Assembly (NCBI RefSeq): GCF_009557235.1
Contig: NZ_CP045650.1
Location: 1,320,001-1,352,000 of the forward strand
DNA from: Acinetobacter wanghuae
Lineage (GTDB): Bacteria > Pseudomonadota > Gammaproteobacteria > Pseudomonadales > Moraxellaceae
Length of the DNA stretch: 32,000 nucleotides
Direction of reading: 5' to 3'
Shown: positions 19,357-28,547 of the stretch, in pieces
How positions within the stretch are numbered: position 1 is the stretch's first letter
How the letters are laid out: every line of letters starts with the position of its first letter
Notes under the pieces: generated by a model
What the model was told of the DNA's origin: nothing
Databases searched by the model: none
Seen by the model: the letters and a program-made list of their open reading frames with translations, nothing else
Program-made: the position numbers and the translations under genes

Positions 19357-19405
19357 TTTCAACTTCATCCTAGCAGTGAAAACGATCACTCAGATGAAGT
19401 TGAAA
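19357..19405. repeat. Long perfect inverted repeat (13-bp stem, 23-nt loop) between convergent genes
   Basis: TTTCAACTTCATC (19357-19369) pairs with GATGAAGTTGAAA (19393-19405). The loop contains a nested AGTGA...TCACT stem. Confidence 0.7.
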
Positions 19406-19429
19406 ATATCGCATAAGTTTTCTTGTGAC

Positions 19430-20920
19430 CTAAATTTGAATCTTTGAATACTGACCGAACCATGGTTGAGCATCTTCAAGTTGCTTGGCAAGTTGTAATA
19501 GACGATCTTCACGACCAAAAGGTGCAATAAATTGTGAGCCTAGGGGTAAATTATTTTTATTCCAATACAGCGGCACAGACATGGCAGGCAAACCAGTAAT
19601 ATTGGCAAGTTGGGTGTAAGGCACCCATTTTAAATTCTCTCGGACAATTTGATCGACCAATTTACCACGCGCCAATAAGTGTGCCTGACCCATGCCTAGC
19701 AGTGCTTTTAAAATTGGTTTTTGCCATGCGGGTGTTTTGATTTCGCCATTTTTAGGTGCAACTGATGCAGTGGCAGGTGTTAAAAATAAATCATATTGAT
19801 CAAAGAAATGGTTCATTTGGGTGACATATATGCCCCAATTGCTTAAGTTCTGAATATATTCAACCGCTGAGGTTTTTGCACCAAAGGCTGCTAATGTTAG
19901 AGAATCAAGTTCAAAATCGCCGTTTTGGGTTGGATATTGCTTCTTAATTTCATCCAACATAAATGAAAATTGACTGAACCATGTGGTAATAAAGTCTTTT
20001 GCTAATTGCATCCCGTCGATTGCAGGACGTGCTTCAATCACGTCATGACCTAAAGATTGTAAAAGTTGAACAGTTTGCTCCATCGCTTGAATTGCATCTT
20101 TAGAAATTTCAGTATCAATCGGTGAATCATAACTAAATGCAATTTTTAATTTCTTTGGCGGTGTTTGGATGGCATCAAGATAGCGCTGATTTGGGCGTTG
20201 AATAACAAATAAAGCATTGTGATCTTCACCATGGGTCGCATCAAGCATGGCAGCGCTATCACGTACCGTCTTGCTGAGTACATGCTGAACAGCAGCACCG
20301 TGCATCGCTTCACTCATGTTTGGACCCCAAGGAATCCGTCCACGACTCGGTTTTAAACCAAACAGCCCGCAATAGGACGCAGGAATACGAATAGACCCGC
20401 CGCCGTCACTTGCACCAGCAATAGGCACAATCCCTGCTGCAACGGCAGATGCTGAACCGCCAGATGAGCCACCACTATTGTGTTTTAAGTTCCAAGGATT
20501 CTTACATGCTCCCCAGGCATCGGGTTCGGTAATGCCTTTAATGCCGAATTCAGGGGTATTGGTGCGACCAAAGGTTACGATTCCAGCTGTATTCCAACGA
20601 TTGACAATTTCCGCATTGGTATCCGCAATATAACCTATACGCTTAAAGCCTTCACATCCATAAGAGGTTGCATGACCTGCATATTCTTGAAACAAGTCTT
20701 TTACAAGAAAAGGAACACCGGCAAATGGACCTGTAAGCGTGCTTCGAGCGCGCTGCCTTGCATAATCATCCATAGGAATGACAACTGCATTCAGTTTGGG
20801 GTGCGTTGCATCACGACGTGATAATGCGAGCTTAAGTAACTCTTGTGCGGTGACTTGTTTTTTTGCAACCAATCCGGCTAGTCCTAAGCCATCATATTGC
20901 ATATATTCAATGATGTTCAT
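19430..20920 (-). CDS. Amidase-signature family amidase
   Basis: 496 aa with the canonical GGSSGGSASAVAAG amidase signature. AAGGA SD 6 nt before the ATG. Confidence 0.85.
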   Translation of the reverse strand: MNIIEYMQYDGLGLAGLVAKKQVTAQELLKLALSRRDATHPKLNAVVIPMDDYARQRARSTLTGPFAGVPFLVKDLFQEYAGHATSYGCEGFKRIGYIADTNAEIVNRWNTAGIVTFGRTNTPEFGIKGITEPDAWGACKNPWNLKHNSGGSSGGSASAVAAGIVPIAGASDGGGSIRIPASYCGLFGLKPSRGRIPWGPNMSEAMHGAAVQHVLSKTVRDSAAMLDATHGEDHNALFVIQRPNQRYLDAIQTPPKKLKIAFSYDSPIDTEISKDAIQAMEQTVQLLQSLGHDVIEARPAIDGMQLAKDFITTWFSQFSFMLDEIKKQYPTQNGDFELDSLTLAAFGAKTSAVEYIQNLSNWGIYVTQMNHFFDQYDLFLTPATASVAPKNGEIKTPAWQKPILKALLGMGQAHLLARGKLVDQIVRENLKWVPYTQLANITGLPAMSVPLYWNKNNLPLGSQFIAPFGREDRLLQLAKQLEDAQPWFGQYSKIQI

Positions 20921-20962
20921 TGCTTATCCTTAGCATGTTAATAAAAATAATGTTCTAGCGTA

Positions 20963-22390
20963 TTATGAAGCCAGTACCACTTGATTACGACCCAAGTGTT
21001 TCGCACGATACAGAGCTTGGTCAGCCTGATTAATTAAGTATTGTAAATTCTGTGTTTGTGGTGCTTCACGATGCAAAATCCCGAGACTCACCGTAATATG
21101 AAGCGGTTTCGTTGCCGCTTGATAAATCGGGGTTTTTTGTACCAAATCTCGAATACGCTCAGCAATATATTGTGCTTCACCAGGATCAATGTCCCAAAGT
21201 AAAATCACAAATTCCTCACCGCCAATTCGCGCAAAAAGATCATTGCTGCGTAAATTACAGCGCACCAGCTCGACAAACTGTTGCAGCACACCATCTCCAG
21301 CATGATGCCCATATTGGTCATTTAAACGCTTGAAGTGATCAATATCGAGCATAATCACTGAAAATGACAATTTTTTGGCTTGTTTAAGCCGAAGTTCCGC
21401 TTCTTGGAAAAAGAAATGCCGATTCATGGTTCGGGTTAAACTGTCATGGTTGGCGAGGTAAAGCACACGCTTAAACAGTTCATTTCGGTTTTGACTAATG
21501 ATGCATAAAATTAATGGTGACAATGCCAACATAAACAAGCCAATACGAATAGAAATAAAGGTGCTTGAGTTGGCAATTTCATTTTGTGCTAAATAATATT
21601 GCGCTAAGCTGTGATAGCTGAGTAAGACCACAAATACATTAATCATGGTCACGCTAAACAAGCGATAGGTGAGAGCCACCCAAATCAGTGCTGCAAGCGG
21701 GTAGAGCATTGCACCCGGTCCCACAAAAATATGGGTGAGTAACACACACAGCATGACGCTGAGAATAGGTAAATAATAAGTCAGCCGATAACTTTTATGA
21801 CGGCGATTATAAATAAAATGCCGAATTTCTTTGTGCCGAGGAAATGCCAAGATCAGCGGTAAAATTAGAATATAATTGACCATTTCGCCAGTCCACCATA
21901 AGCCAAAATCTACCCAGAGCTGTTCTTTAGTCATAAATGAACCGGGAATATTGGGTAAAGTGAATACCGCGAAAGCTGCACTGGCTAAGCAACCGGCAAA
22001 GGCAAAAATGCCAAACAAATGAATGAAAGTAAAACCAGTGTTGTAGTATTTATAGTTAATATTGAAATAACGGATAAAAAATAAAGACACAATCACACTG
22101 ATTAAATTGGCAAGGGTCAAAAATAACGTCAGCGTCAGTTGATTGCCCGTTAATAGGTCTGCAAATAGATAGGCACAAAATGCCCCAAGCCAGCCGCCCT
22201 TTAGGTTTAAGTGTGGGAAACGCAAAAAAACCGCAAGCAGCGCGGCATTTGCAGGCCATAGCAACGCTAAATAGCTAGTTGGCCTTGTTGCAATTCCAAT
22301 TAAACAACAAATTAAAACCACAAACGAGATGACCAAGTAGGCATGAGTTTCTGGATCAATTTGAAGTTGCTTCAATTCAGTTAAACGCAA
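20963..22390 (-). CDS. Membrane-anchored diguanylate cyclase (GGDEF domain)
   Basis: The N-terminal ~300 aa are polytopic (roughly 8-9 hydrophobic segments). The C-terminal part has the GGEEF active site, with an RxxD I-site (RSND) 5 residues upstream. TTG start with an AAGGA SD. Confidence 0.85.
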   Translation of the reverse strand: MRLTELKQLQIDPETHAYLVISFVVLICCLIGIATRPTSYLALLWPANAALLAVFLRFPHLNLKGGWLGAFCAYLFADLLTGNQLTLTLFLTLANLISVIVSLFFIRYFNINYKYYNTGFTFIHLFGIFAFAGCLASAAFAVFTLPNIPGSFMTKEQLWVDFGLWWTGEMVNYILILPLILAFPRHKEIRHFIYNRRHKSYRLTYYLPILSVMLCVLLTHIFVGPGAMLYPLAALIWVALTYRLFSVTMINVFVVLLSYHSLAQYYLAQNEIANSSTFISIRIGLFMLALSPLILCIISQNRNELFKRVLYLANHDSLTRTMNRHFFFQEAELRLKQAKKLSFSVIMLDIDHFKRLNDQYGHHAGDGVLQQFVELVRCNLRSNDLFARIGGEEFVILLWDIDPGEAQYIAERIRDLVQKTPIYQAATKPLHITVSLGILHREAPQTQNLQYLINQADQALYRAKHLGRNQVVLAS

Positions 22391-22658
22391 AAATGAAGAT
22401 CCTTAAAATATTTTTTATTGAGCATGCGTTTTTGAGTCAACGCACTGTAAAAGCCTTTTTTATTTTGAATATGAATCAGTATGTCTAGACAAACACCTTT
22501 TATTAAACAAAATATATACAAAAAACATGCAAAAGGGAATTGGCTCTAGAAAAGCAATTGTAAAAAAAATGCTCATAAAACTGAAAAGCTTGATTGAGCG
22601 CCAAGCATGGTTTAAAAATGTGGTAAGTTAAATCCAATGTTCAAATGATACTTTTAAT

Positions 22659-23126
22659 ATGAATAAAATATGTCTCAGTCTTATGCTCGCTTTCGCTTCG
22701 TCATGTGTTATGGCAACAGAAAATAAAAAAGCCGATACGCGTGTTACCGATGTACCGAATACATTTAAAGTCGTGACGCGTCCAGAAATTGCGGGTTTAT
22801 GGGGTATGCAAATTAAACCCAATCATAAATGTATTGAATATTATAATTTTAAAGCCAATAACAGCGTCATTATTAAAAGTGCTGAAGAATGGTCATCAGG
22901 GATTTATGAATATCAACCTGTGGCTGATCCGACACAGCAAATTCCGGCTTTAGTTTTACAAGTGAAATATGACAATAATGAGAAAGACTGTTCAGGTAAT
23001 CAGGAAGACCAGAGCGGTGAATTAACGCAGTATTTTGTGAAATGGAAAAACGCCAACACAATTGATTTTTGTGCCAATGAAAAAGGCGAGCAGTGCTTTG
23101 CGACTCTGAATCGTGTCTTGCCTTAA
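22659..23126 (+). CDS. Secreted/lipoprotein-like hypothetical protein (155 aa)
   Basis: N-terminal signal peptide MNKICLSLMLAFASSCVMA, with a possible lipobox-like ASSC or a cleavage site after VMA. Four further Cys residues. No recognised family. Confidence 0.6.
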   Translation: MNKICLSLMLAFASSCVMATENKKADTRVTDVPNTFKVVTRPEIAGLWGMQIKPNHKCIEYYNFKANNSVIIKSAEEWSSGIYEYQPVADPTQQIPALVLQVKYDNNEKDCSGNQEDQSGELTQYFVKWKNANTIDFCANEKGEQCFATLNRVLP

Positions 23127-23145
23127 GGATATGTCATTAACATCC

Positions 23146-23178
23146 AAAAAAAACCGCTGATCAATCAGCGGTTTTTTT
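23146..23178. terminator. Bidirectional Rho-independent terminator (22659 ORF / accC)
   Basis: AAAAAAAA-ACCGCTGA / loop TCAA / TCAGCGGT-TTTTTTT. Confidence 0.9.
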
Positions 23179-23182
23179 AGAA

Positions 23183-24547
23183 TTAGGCTTTCGATTCATC
23201 GGTTTCTAATTCTTTAAGCAAATGATTTTCCAAATAATGGATATCCATTGCTTGTTCGCAGAAGTTTTCATCGCGTAGGATTAAATCTTTATGCAAAGGA
23301 ATGTTGGTTTTAATTCCCGTTAATATGATTTCATCCAAGGCTTGCTTCATACGTGCAATTGAGGTTTCACGGTCTTTACCATGCGCAATCAATTTAGCAA
23401 TCATCGAATCATAATAGGGTGGAATGCTATAACCTGGATAGATATGTGAATCTAAACGGATACCTGCACCACCTGGGGCATAGAAGGATTCAATTTTGCC
23501 AGGACAAGGCATAAATGTTGAAGGGTCTTCAGCATTAATACGGCATTCCAACGCATGACCTTTTAAAATCACATCTTCTTGCTGAATATTAAGCCCTAAA
23601 CCTGCAGCAATACGAAGCTGTTGTTCAATAATATCGACACCTGTCACCATTTCAGTTACAGGATGTTCCACTTGAACACGGGTATTCATTTCAATAAAGA
23701 AGAATTCACCTTCTTCAAATAAAAATTCAAACGTACCCGCACCGCGGTATTGCATCATTTTACAAGCATTCACACAGGCTTCTAAAATATCGGCACGTGC
23801 TTGTTCAGGTAAATTTGGTGCAGGCGCTTCTTCAAGCACTTTTTGATGACGGCGCTGTAAGGAACAATCGCGATCATAAAGATGAATCGCGTGACCATTA
23901 CCGTCCGCTAAAATTTGCACTTCCACATGACGCGGTTTTTGTAAGAAACGCTCCATATAGACCGTGTCATCACCAAACCACATTTCTGCATCGCGCTGTG
24001 CTGCTTGTACAGATTCTAATAATGTATCGAAGCGTTCAACAATACGCATACCACGACCACCACCACCGGATGCGGCTTTGACGATCAATGGGAAACCAAT
24101 TTGTTTGGCTTCAGCAATGGCATTGTTGGTGGTCACGGCATGAGCAGAGCCGGGTACAGTCGGTACGCCTGCTTTACGCATTGCGGTAATGGCAGAGACT
24201 TTATTGCCCATTAAACGAATATGTTCAGGGCGTGGACCAATAAAGATAAAACCTGAATTTTCTACAATTTCAGCGAATTCAGCATTTTCAGACAAGAAAC
24301 CATAACCGGGATGGATCGCATCCGCACCGGTAATTTCAGCTGCTGTAATAATGGCAGGAATATTTAAATAGCTGTCACTGCTTGCACCCGGACCAATACA
24401 AACCGCTTCGTCGCAGAAGCGTAAATGCATCAGGTCTTTGTCTGCATCTGAGTAGACCCCAACGGTCTTAATACCCAAAGTTTTACAAGCACGGGTAATG
24501 CGTAACGCAATCTCACCCCGGTTTGCAATTAAAACTTTTTGCAACAT
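23183..24547 (-). CDS. accC: Acetyl-CoA carboxylase, biotin carboxylase subunit
   Basis: 454 aa with the N-terminus [16 protein letters not shown], an ATP-grasp region (GGGGRGMR) and [13 protein letters not shown]. Confidence 0.95.
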   Translation of the reverse strand: MLQKVLIANRGEIALRITRACKTLGIKTVGVYSDADKDLMHLRFCDEAVCIGPGASSDSYLNIPAIITAAEITGADAIHPGYGFLSENAEFAEIVENSGFIFIGPRPEHIRLMGNKVSAITAMRKAGVPTVPGSAHAVTTNNAIAEAKQIGFPLIVKAASGGGGRGMRIVERFDTLLESVQAAQRDAEMWFGDDTVYMERFLQKPRHVEVQILADGNGHAIHLYDRDCSLQRRHQKVLEEAPAPNLPEQARADILEACVNACKMMQYRGAGTFEFLFEEGEFFFIEMNTRVQVEHPVTEMVTGVDIIEQQLRIAAGLGLNIQQEDVILKGHALECRINAEDPSTFMPCPGKIESFYAPGGAGIRLDSHIYPGYSIPPYYDSMIAKLIAHGKDRETSIARMKQALDEIILTGIKTNIPLHKDLILRDENFCEQAMDIHYLENHLLKELETDESKA

Positions 24548-24568
24548 TGTGTTTAATCCCCGAAGTGC

Positions 24569-24985
24569 TTAAGCGCGGTAGCGGAAAAGTGGTTGACCAA
24601 ATTGAATCACTTCGCCATTTTTCACTAAAATTTCTTCAACAACGCCACTTTGTGTTGCTTCAATCGGGTTCATGATTTTCATTGCTTCGATAATACCTAA
24701 AGTATCACCCGCAGAAACCGTTTGACCGACTTTAATAAAGGTTGCTTCACCCGGACTTGGTGCCGCATAGAACACCCCGACCATTGGTGATTTTTCGACA
24801 GCACCACGTGGTGATTTTGCTGCGGGTACATCAGCCGCAGGCGCAGGCATTGCAGGAACAGCTGCTGCAACCACTGGATTACGACGAGTTAAAGCAATAG
24901 ATTGATCGCCTTCTTTAACTTCGATCGCCTGTAAGTCAGATTCAATCATCAAGTCGATGAGTTTCTTGATTTTACGGATATCCAT
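24569..24985 (-). CDS. accB: Acetyl-CoA carboxylase, biotin carboxyl carrier protein
   Basis: 138 aa with an Ala/Pro-rich linker and the biotinylation motif IEAMKIMN. It lies directly upstream of accC. Confidence 0.95.
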   Translation of the reverse strand: MDIRKIKKLIDLMIESDLQAIEVKEGDQSIALTRRNPVVAAAVPAMPAPAADVPAAKSPRGAVEKSPMVGVFYAAPSPGEATFIKVGQTVSAGDTLGIIEAMKIMNPIEATQSGVVEEILVKNGEVIQFGQPLFRYRA

Positions 24986-25001
24986 GAGACAGTATTCCTA
25001 A

Positions 25002-25457
25002 TTAAGATTGCTTAGAAGATTGAATTTTTTCAATGATATAATCGAGTGCTGCGGCATAGCCTTTAGCACCTAAACCACAAATGATGCCGATGGCTTTATC
25101 AGATAAATATGAGTGGTGACGGAATGCTTCGCGGGCATGTACATTGGATAAATGCACTTCAATAAATGGAATAGCCACGCCAAGTAAGGCATCACGCACT
25201 GCGACTGAGGTATGGGTCAGTGCGGCAGGATTAATAATGATGTATTGGACACCATCTTTTTGTGCTTGATGAATACGATCGACAACTGCACCTTCCCAAT
25301 TGCTTTGGAAAGTATCGAGTTCAAGAGCAGCATTTTGAGCTTGAGCAATAAGTTGCTGATTGATATCCGCTAGGGTGAGATGACCATAAACTTCTGGTTC
25401 GCGCTGTCCTAGCAGATTTAAATTCGGTCCGTGAATGACCAAAATGGTCGAACTCAT
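25002..25457 (-). CDS. aroQ: Type II 3-dehydroquinate dehydratase
   Basis: 151 aa with [21 protein letters not shown] and the (H)[11 protein letters not shown] motif. The aroQ-accB-accC order is typical. Confidence 0.95.
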   Translation of the reverse strand: MSSTILVIHGPNLNLLGQREPEVYGHLTLADINQQLIAQAQNAALELDTFQSNWEGAVVDRIHQAQKDGVQYIIINPAALTHTSVAVRDALLGVAIPFIEVHLSNVHAREAFRHHSYLSDKAIGIICGLGAKGYAAALDYIIEKIQSSKQS

Positions 25458-26259
25458 TCAGCATGCTCCAATTTGAAAGTTGTCGTATAAGTTTGCAAGA
25501 TGTCTGCAAAGTTCCACTATTATTGCATAAAATTCTAGATTTTTATGAAAAATTCCGAGAATTGGCTAAATTTCAACATGCAAAATAGTGGCTATATAAT
25601 GAAAAAGTTGCAACGATTTAGCAATGTTAAAAAATGACATTTCTTATAATTCTGTTTATTTTTGTATTGTAAACCCGATTGGCAAAAACTATGCATACAC
25701 ATTGTGTAACAGCTCGGTATAGCTGATGGCTTGTCATTATTTTTAAATGATGCTTTTGAGCATAACATCTGGATATAGATTCGAATAGTCATGAGCGATA
25801 TATGGAATGTTTTGGTTAAAGTTAATTTAAGAATCATCTTTAGTCGAGATGTTGAATAGCTGCTCAAGCTTTAAAAAAATAATAATTACAACAAGATAAG
25901 TTTTGATACTCAGACTTAAAATTTAAAATAACGCTGATTTTTACTCATTTGAATATTGTTTGGAGAGAGTGAAGAAATGCTGGCAACGTATCTCATTCAC
26001 TAAATAGTTTGTATAAATATTGCTCTAAAATATTATTGTGAATGAATGACTTAAAAATAGAATCAATAACTTCGCATTGACGAATCTGTTCATTATTTTT
26101 GAATATTAAAGCGGTTTAACGCCGTTGAATCTTATTTTGGAGTGGCAGAATCGTATTGGATATTCGCTTTAATCATTTTTTGCATGTGTGAAGGCTATAT
26201 CAGCATAGAAAAAAGGTTTTATAATGCCGAGCACGATTTACCTAGTGCTGAAGATGACA

Positions 26260-26730
26260 ATGACGCCTGCATGTAAACTTTTAACCTCGAAAAAAATAGA
26301 ATTCACCGTCCATGAATATACCCATGATGCCAATGCACAGAGCTTTGGTTTAGAAGCCGCAGAAAAATTAGGGCTTCGGGTTGAAGAAGTGTTTAAAACA
26401 CTGTTAGTGACCGATGATAAACAGTATTTTGTTGCGATTTTGCCTGTACATCACCAATTAAGTTTAAAAAAAGTTGCACAGGCATTGGGCTGTAAAAAAC
26501 TACAAATGGCAGATCCTAAACAGGCTGAACGCTTAACGGGTTATTTGGTCGGTGGTATTAGTCCGATTGGGCAAAAGAAACGCTTAAAAACCCTTATTGA
26601 TGCGTCTGCACAAACCCTTGCTAAGATGTATGTCAGTGGCGGGAAGCGTGGTCTTGATATTGGTTTAGCACCTCATGATTTATGCCAAGTCTTAGATGCT
26701 CAATTTGCAGATGTGCTTGATGAGAAGTAA
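26260..26730 (+). CDS. ybaK: Cys-tRNA(Pro)/Cys-tRNA(Cys) deacylase YbaK
   Basis: Colinear with E. coli YbaK from MTPA.KLL onward ([13 protein letters not shown]). The start codon is uncertain: in-frame ATGs at 26224, 26254 and 26260. Alignment with YbaK favours 26260. Confidence 0.8.
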   Translation: MTPACKLLTSKKIEFTVHEYTHDANAQSFGLEAAEKLGLRVEEVFKTLLVTDDKQYFVAILPVHHQLSLKKVAQALGCKKLQMADPKQAERLTGYLVGGISPIGQKKRLKTLIDASAQTLAKMYVSGGKRGLDIGLAPHDLCQVLDAQFADVLDEK

Positions 26731-26839
26731 ACAAATATCTTTATCTGAGTCGTAAAAGAAACAGATCAGCCGATAGACTTGATGCGGTTTTATGATTTTA
26801 GGTATCAAGTTACTCTGCCGAACGCTGATCTAAGACAAT

Positions 26840-26868
26840 AAAAAAGCCCATTAAGTTGGGCCTTTTTT
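26840..26868. terminator. Bidirectional Rho-independent terminator (ybaK / tusE)
   Basis: AAAAAA-GCCCA / loop TTAAGT / TGGGC-C-TTTTTT. Confidence 0.8.
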
Positions 26869-26879
26869 ATCATTCATAC

Positions 26880-27191
26880 TTATAGACAGTTGGGTGGCTT
26901 TGGAATACCTGCCAAACGACTCAAATGACGTGCGACTAATCCAGTATTAAACTTTTCTTGCAATACTGCGTTATTAATCTCGCTGCTCACGGTTTTCATC
27001 AAGTATTTAATTAAAGGACGTGTGGCAGGAGAGTGCCCAAATTGATGGTAGAACTGTCGAACAGCATTCAAGACTTCAAAGTGCCAAGGGCTTAAATCAA
27101 GTTCTAAGCTGTTGGCGAGTACTTGTGCAACATCTTCATTCCAAATCGTGTAATCGACTAAATGACCATCTTGGTCTAATTCTAAATTCAT
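26880..27191 (-). CDS. tusE: Sulfurtransferase TusE / DsrC family
   Basis: 103 aa. The DsrC/TusE-type C-terminal tail ends in PKPPNCL, with the conserved penultimate Cys. It is the last gene of the tusDCB cluster. Confidence 0.8.
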   Translation of the reverse strand: MNLELDQDGHLVDYTIWNEDVAQVLANSLELDLSPWHFEVLNAVRQFYHQFGHSPATRPLIKYLMKTVSSEINNAVLQEKFNTGLVARHLSRLAGIPKPPNCL

Positions 27192-27201
27192 GAGGTACTC
27201 T

Positions 27202-27495
27202 TTACTTCATTGAAACACAGCGACTAAATGCCAAGCAAAGCGCTGCAAAATCGGCATAGTCGATGATTTTAACATTGGATGCATAAGGCTGCGTTAAAAG
27301 CTCGGCATCATTTTCTAAGACATAAACGGCAGTTAAAGACTGTATAAAGTCATGAGTTATGCCAAGTACAGCTTCACCTAAAATAACCACTTGATCGTCA
27401 GGGGCGTGTATTTGTGCTAATTGCTTAATGCTTTGCGCCGTAGCGACATAATTGGATTGAATTAAATAGAGCGTTGCAGGCGTCATCGTATTCAC
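27202..27495 (-). CDS. tusB: tRNA 2-thiouridine synthesis sulfur relay protein TusB / DsrH
   Basis: 97 aa in the DsrH position of the cluster. GTG start with an AAGGAAG SD 7 nt upstream. Confidence 0.75.
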   Translation of the reverse strand: MNTMTPATLYLIQSNYVATAQSIKQLAQIHAPDDQVVILGEAVLGITHDFIQSLTAVYVLENDAELLTQPYASNVKIIDYADFAALCLAFSRCVSMK

Positions 27496-27507
27496 TTGTT
27501 ATCTTCC

Positions 27508-27858
27508 TTACCAATACAGCACATGGTCAAAGCCACGAATAAATTCAGGACTGAGTTCAATAAAGGTAAGTTCTTGTTCAGATTGTTGTACAAAGGCAGA
27601 GTTTTGATTTTTTTGTTCCACTAAAATGGGCGTTAAATCATAGAACTCAAAACTATCTACCATATTCGATGCCAATTTGAATGCATGTTTGACTTGATCA
27701 AATTGTAAATCTGAACGGAGTAAGCTGAGTGCTGCGCCTTGTAATAATATTTTTACTTCCGCACCGAAGGTTGCTAATACCATGGTCGCAGATAAGCTTT
27801 CGTGCACTTGCAGGCTAGATAAATTTGCCTGAGTCAGAATAACGAGTACAGATTTCAC
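27508..27858 (-). CDS. tusC: Sulfur relay protein TusC / DsrF
   Basis: 116 aa of DsrE/F-fold size, positioned between tusD and tusB. GTG start. Confidence 0.75.
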   Translation of the reverse strand: MKSVLVILTQANLSSLQVHESLSATMVLATFGAEVKILLQGAALSLLRSDLQFDQVKHAFKLASNMVDSFEFYDLTPILVEQKNQNSAFVQQSEQELTFIELSPEFIRGFDHVLYW

Positions 27859-27901
27859 ACAATATACCTTTTAAAAGCAACAATTCACGAAAACATAATC
27901 A

Positions 27902-28270
27902 TTAGAATTGAATAAGACGTTGTGCAGATTGAACAGCATCCGCAAGTTCACCTAAACCAACCAATTCAAATTTTTCAGCTAAGTTATGCTGTTGAATATT
28001 GTGACGTTGAGCATTTTCCTGATCTGTGATTCCACGTGCGAGTGCTGCACTGACACATACAGGTAAACGGATATTTAAAGCTTGCCATGCATGCGTTAAA
28101 TGACGTTGGTCGTCTGCAACCCATTGCAATGTATTCGCAACCGAAACGCCGTCTTGATAAAAGAACACGCGAAAAGGTTCCTGTTTATCATGCAGCGCTT
28201 GGGCAAGACCTAAGGCATGCCAAGCATGAATGGACGTAGGTGCAGAGGTGATCAGAATTAAGGTGCTCAT
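27902..28270 (-). CDS. tusD: Sulfurtransferase TusD / DsrE
   Basis: 122 aa and colinear with E. coli TusD, including the conserved Cys in PVCVSAALARG and the C-terminal ...IQF. Confidence 0.85.
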   Translation of the reverse strand: MSTLILITSAPTSIHAWHALGLAQALHDKQEPFRVFFYQDGVSVANTLQWVADDQRHLTHAWQALNIRLPVCVSAALARGITDQENAQRHNIQQHNLAEKFELVGLGELADAVQSAQRLIQF

Positions 28271-28521
28271 CGAATTTCACTACAGGCTGGATCAACACAT
28301 GTTGATTCTGGGCGACATAATAAGAAGGTAGTATACAATGATTTTAGGCGACATATTTTCTATTTAAGACATAATATAAAGTTGTTTTTTGAAATAAACT
28401 AATTAAAACAATAATTTAAAATACTACATTTAATGATATCAACACTAAACTCTAAATTTATCTGCACAAAATAGTTTCAATTTTTTCTAATTTTTCAGCA
28501 TTACAAGATAGAATAGAAAAC

Positions 28522-28543
28522 AATCTGCACCAAATCTGCACCA
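28522..28543 (+). repeat. Exact tandem 11-bp direct repeat AATCTGCACCA x2 abutting the integrase start codon
   Basis: Copies at 28522-28532 and 28533-28543 are identical. A third partial copy, ATCTGCAC, lies at 28460-28467. Confidence 0.9.
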
Positions 28544-28547
28544 AGAA

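Noticed and set aside
25592-25867. 91-aa minus-strand ORF in the aroQ-ybaK intergenic region
   Set aside because: It has a TTG start without an SD and lies in DNA of roughly 25% GC. The residue composition is junk-like (rich in K, L, S, C and N). It is more likely a chance ORF, so the region is reported as non-coding or unknown instead.
28291-28306. 7-2-7 palindrome ATCAACA-CA-TGTTGAT upstream of tusD, resembling the ATCAACA...TGTTG palindrome upstream of argF (14454-14473); considered as a shared operator
   Set aside because: The arm spacing differs (2 nt vs 4-6 nt), the arms are short and AT-rich, and there is no functional link between tus and arg genes. It is probably coincidence, although the tusD-proximal palindrome may still be a local operator.
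28271-28547. Searched for a tRNA/tmRNA 3' end as the integrase target (attL)
   Set aside because: There is no T-arm or acceptor-like sequence (for example GGTTCGAATCC-type). The region is just AT-rich spacer plus short direct repeats, so the element appears to use a non-tRNA site.
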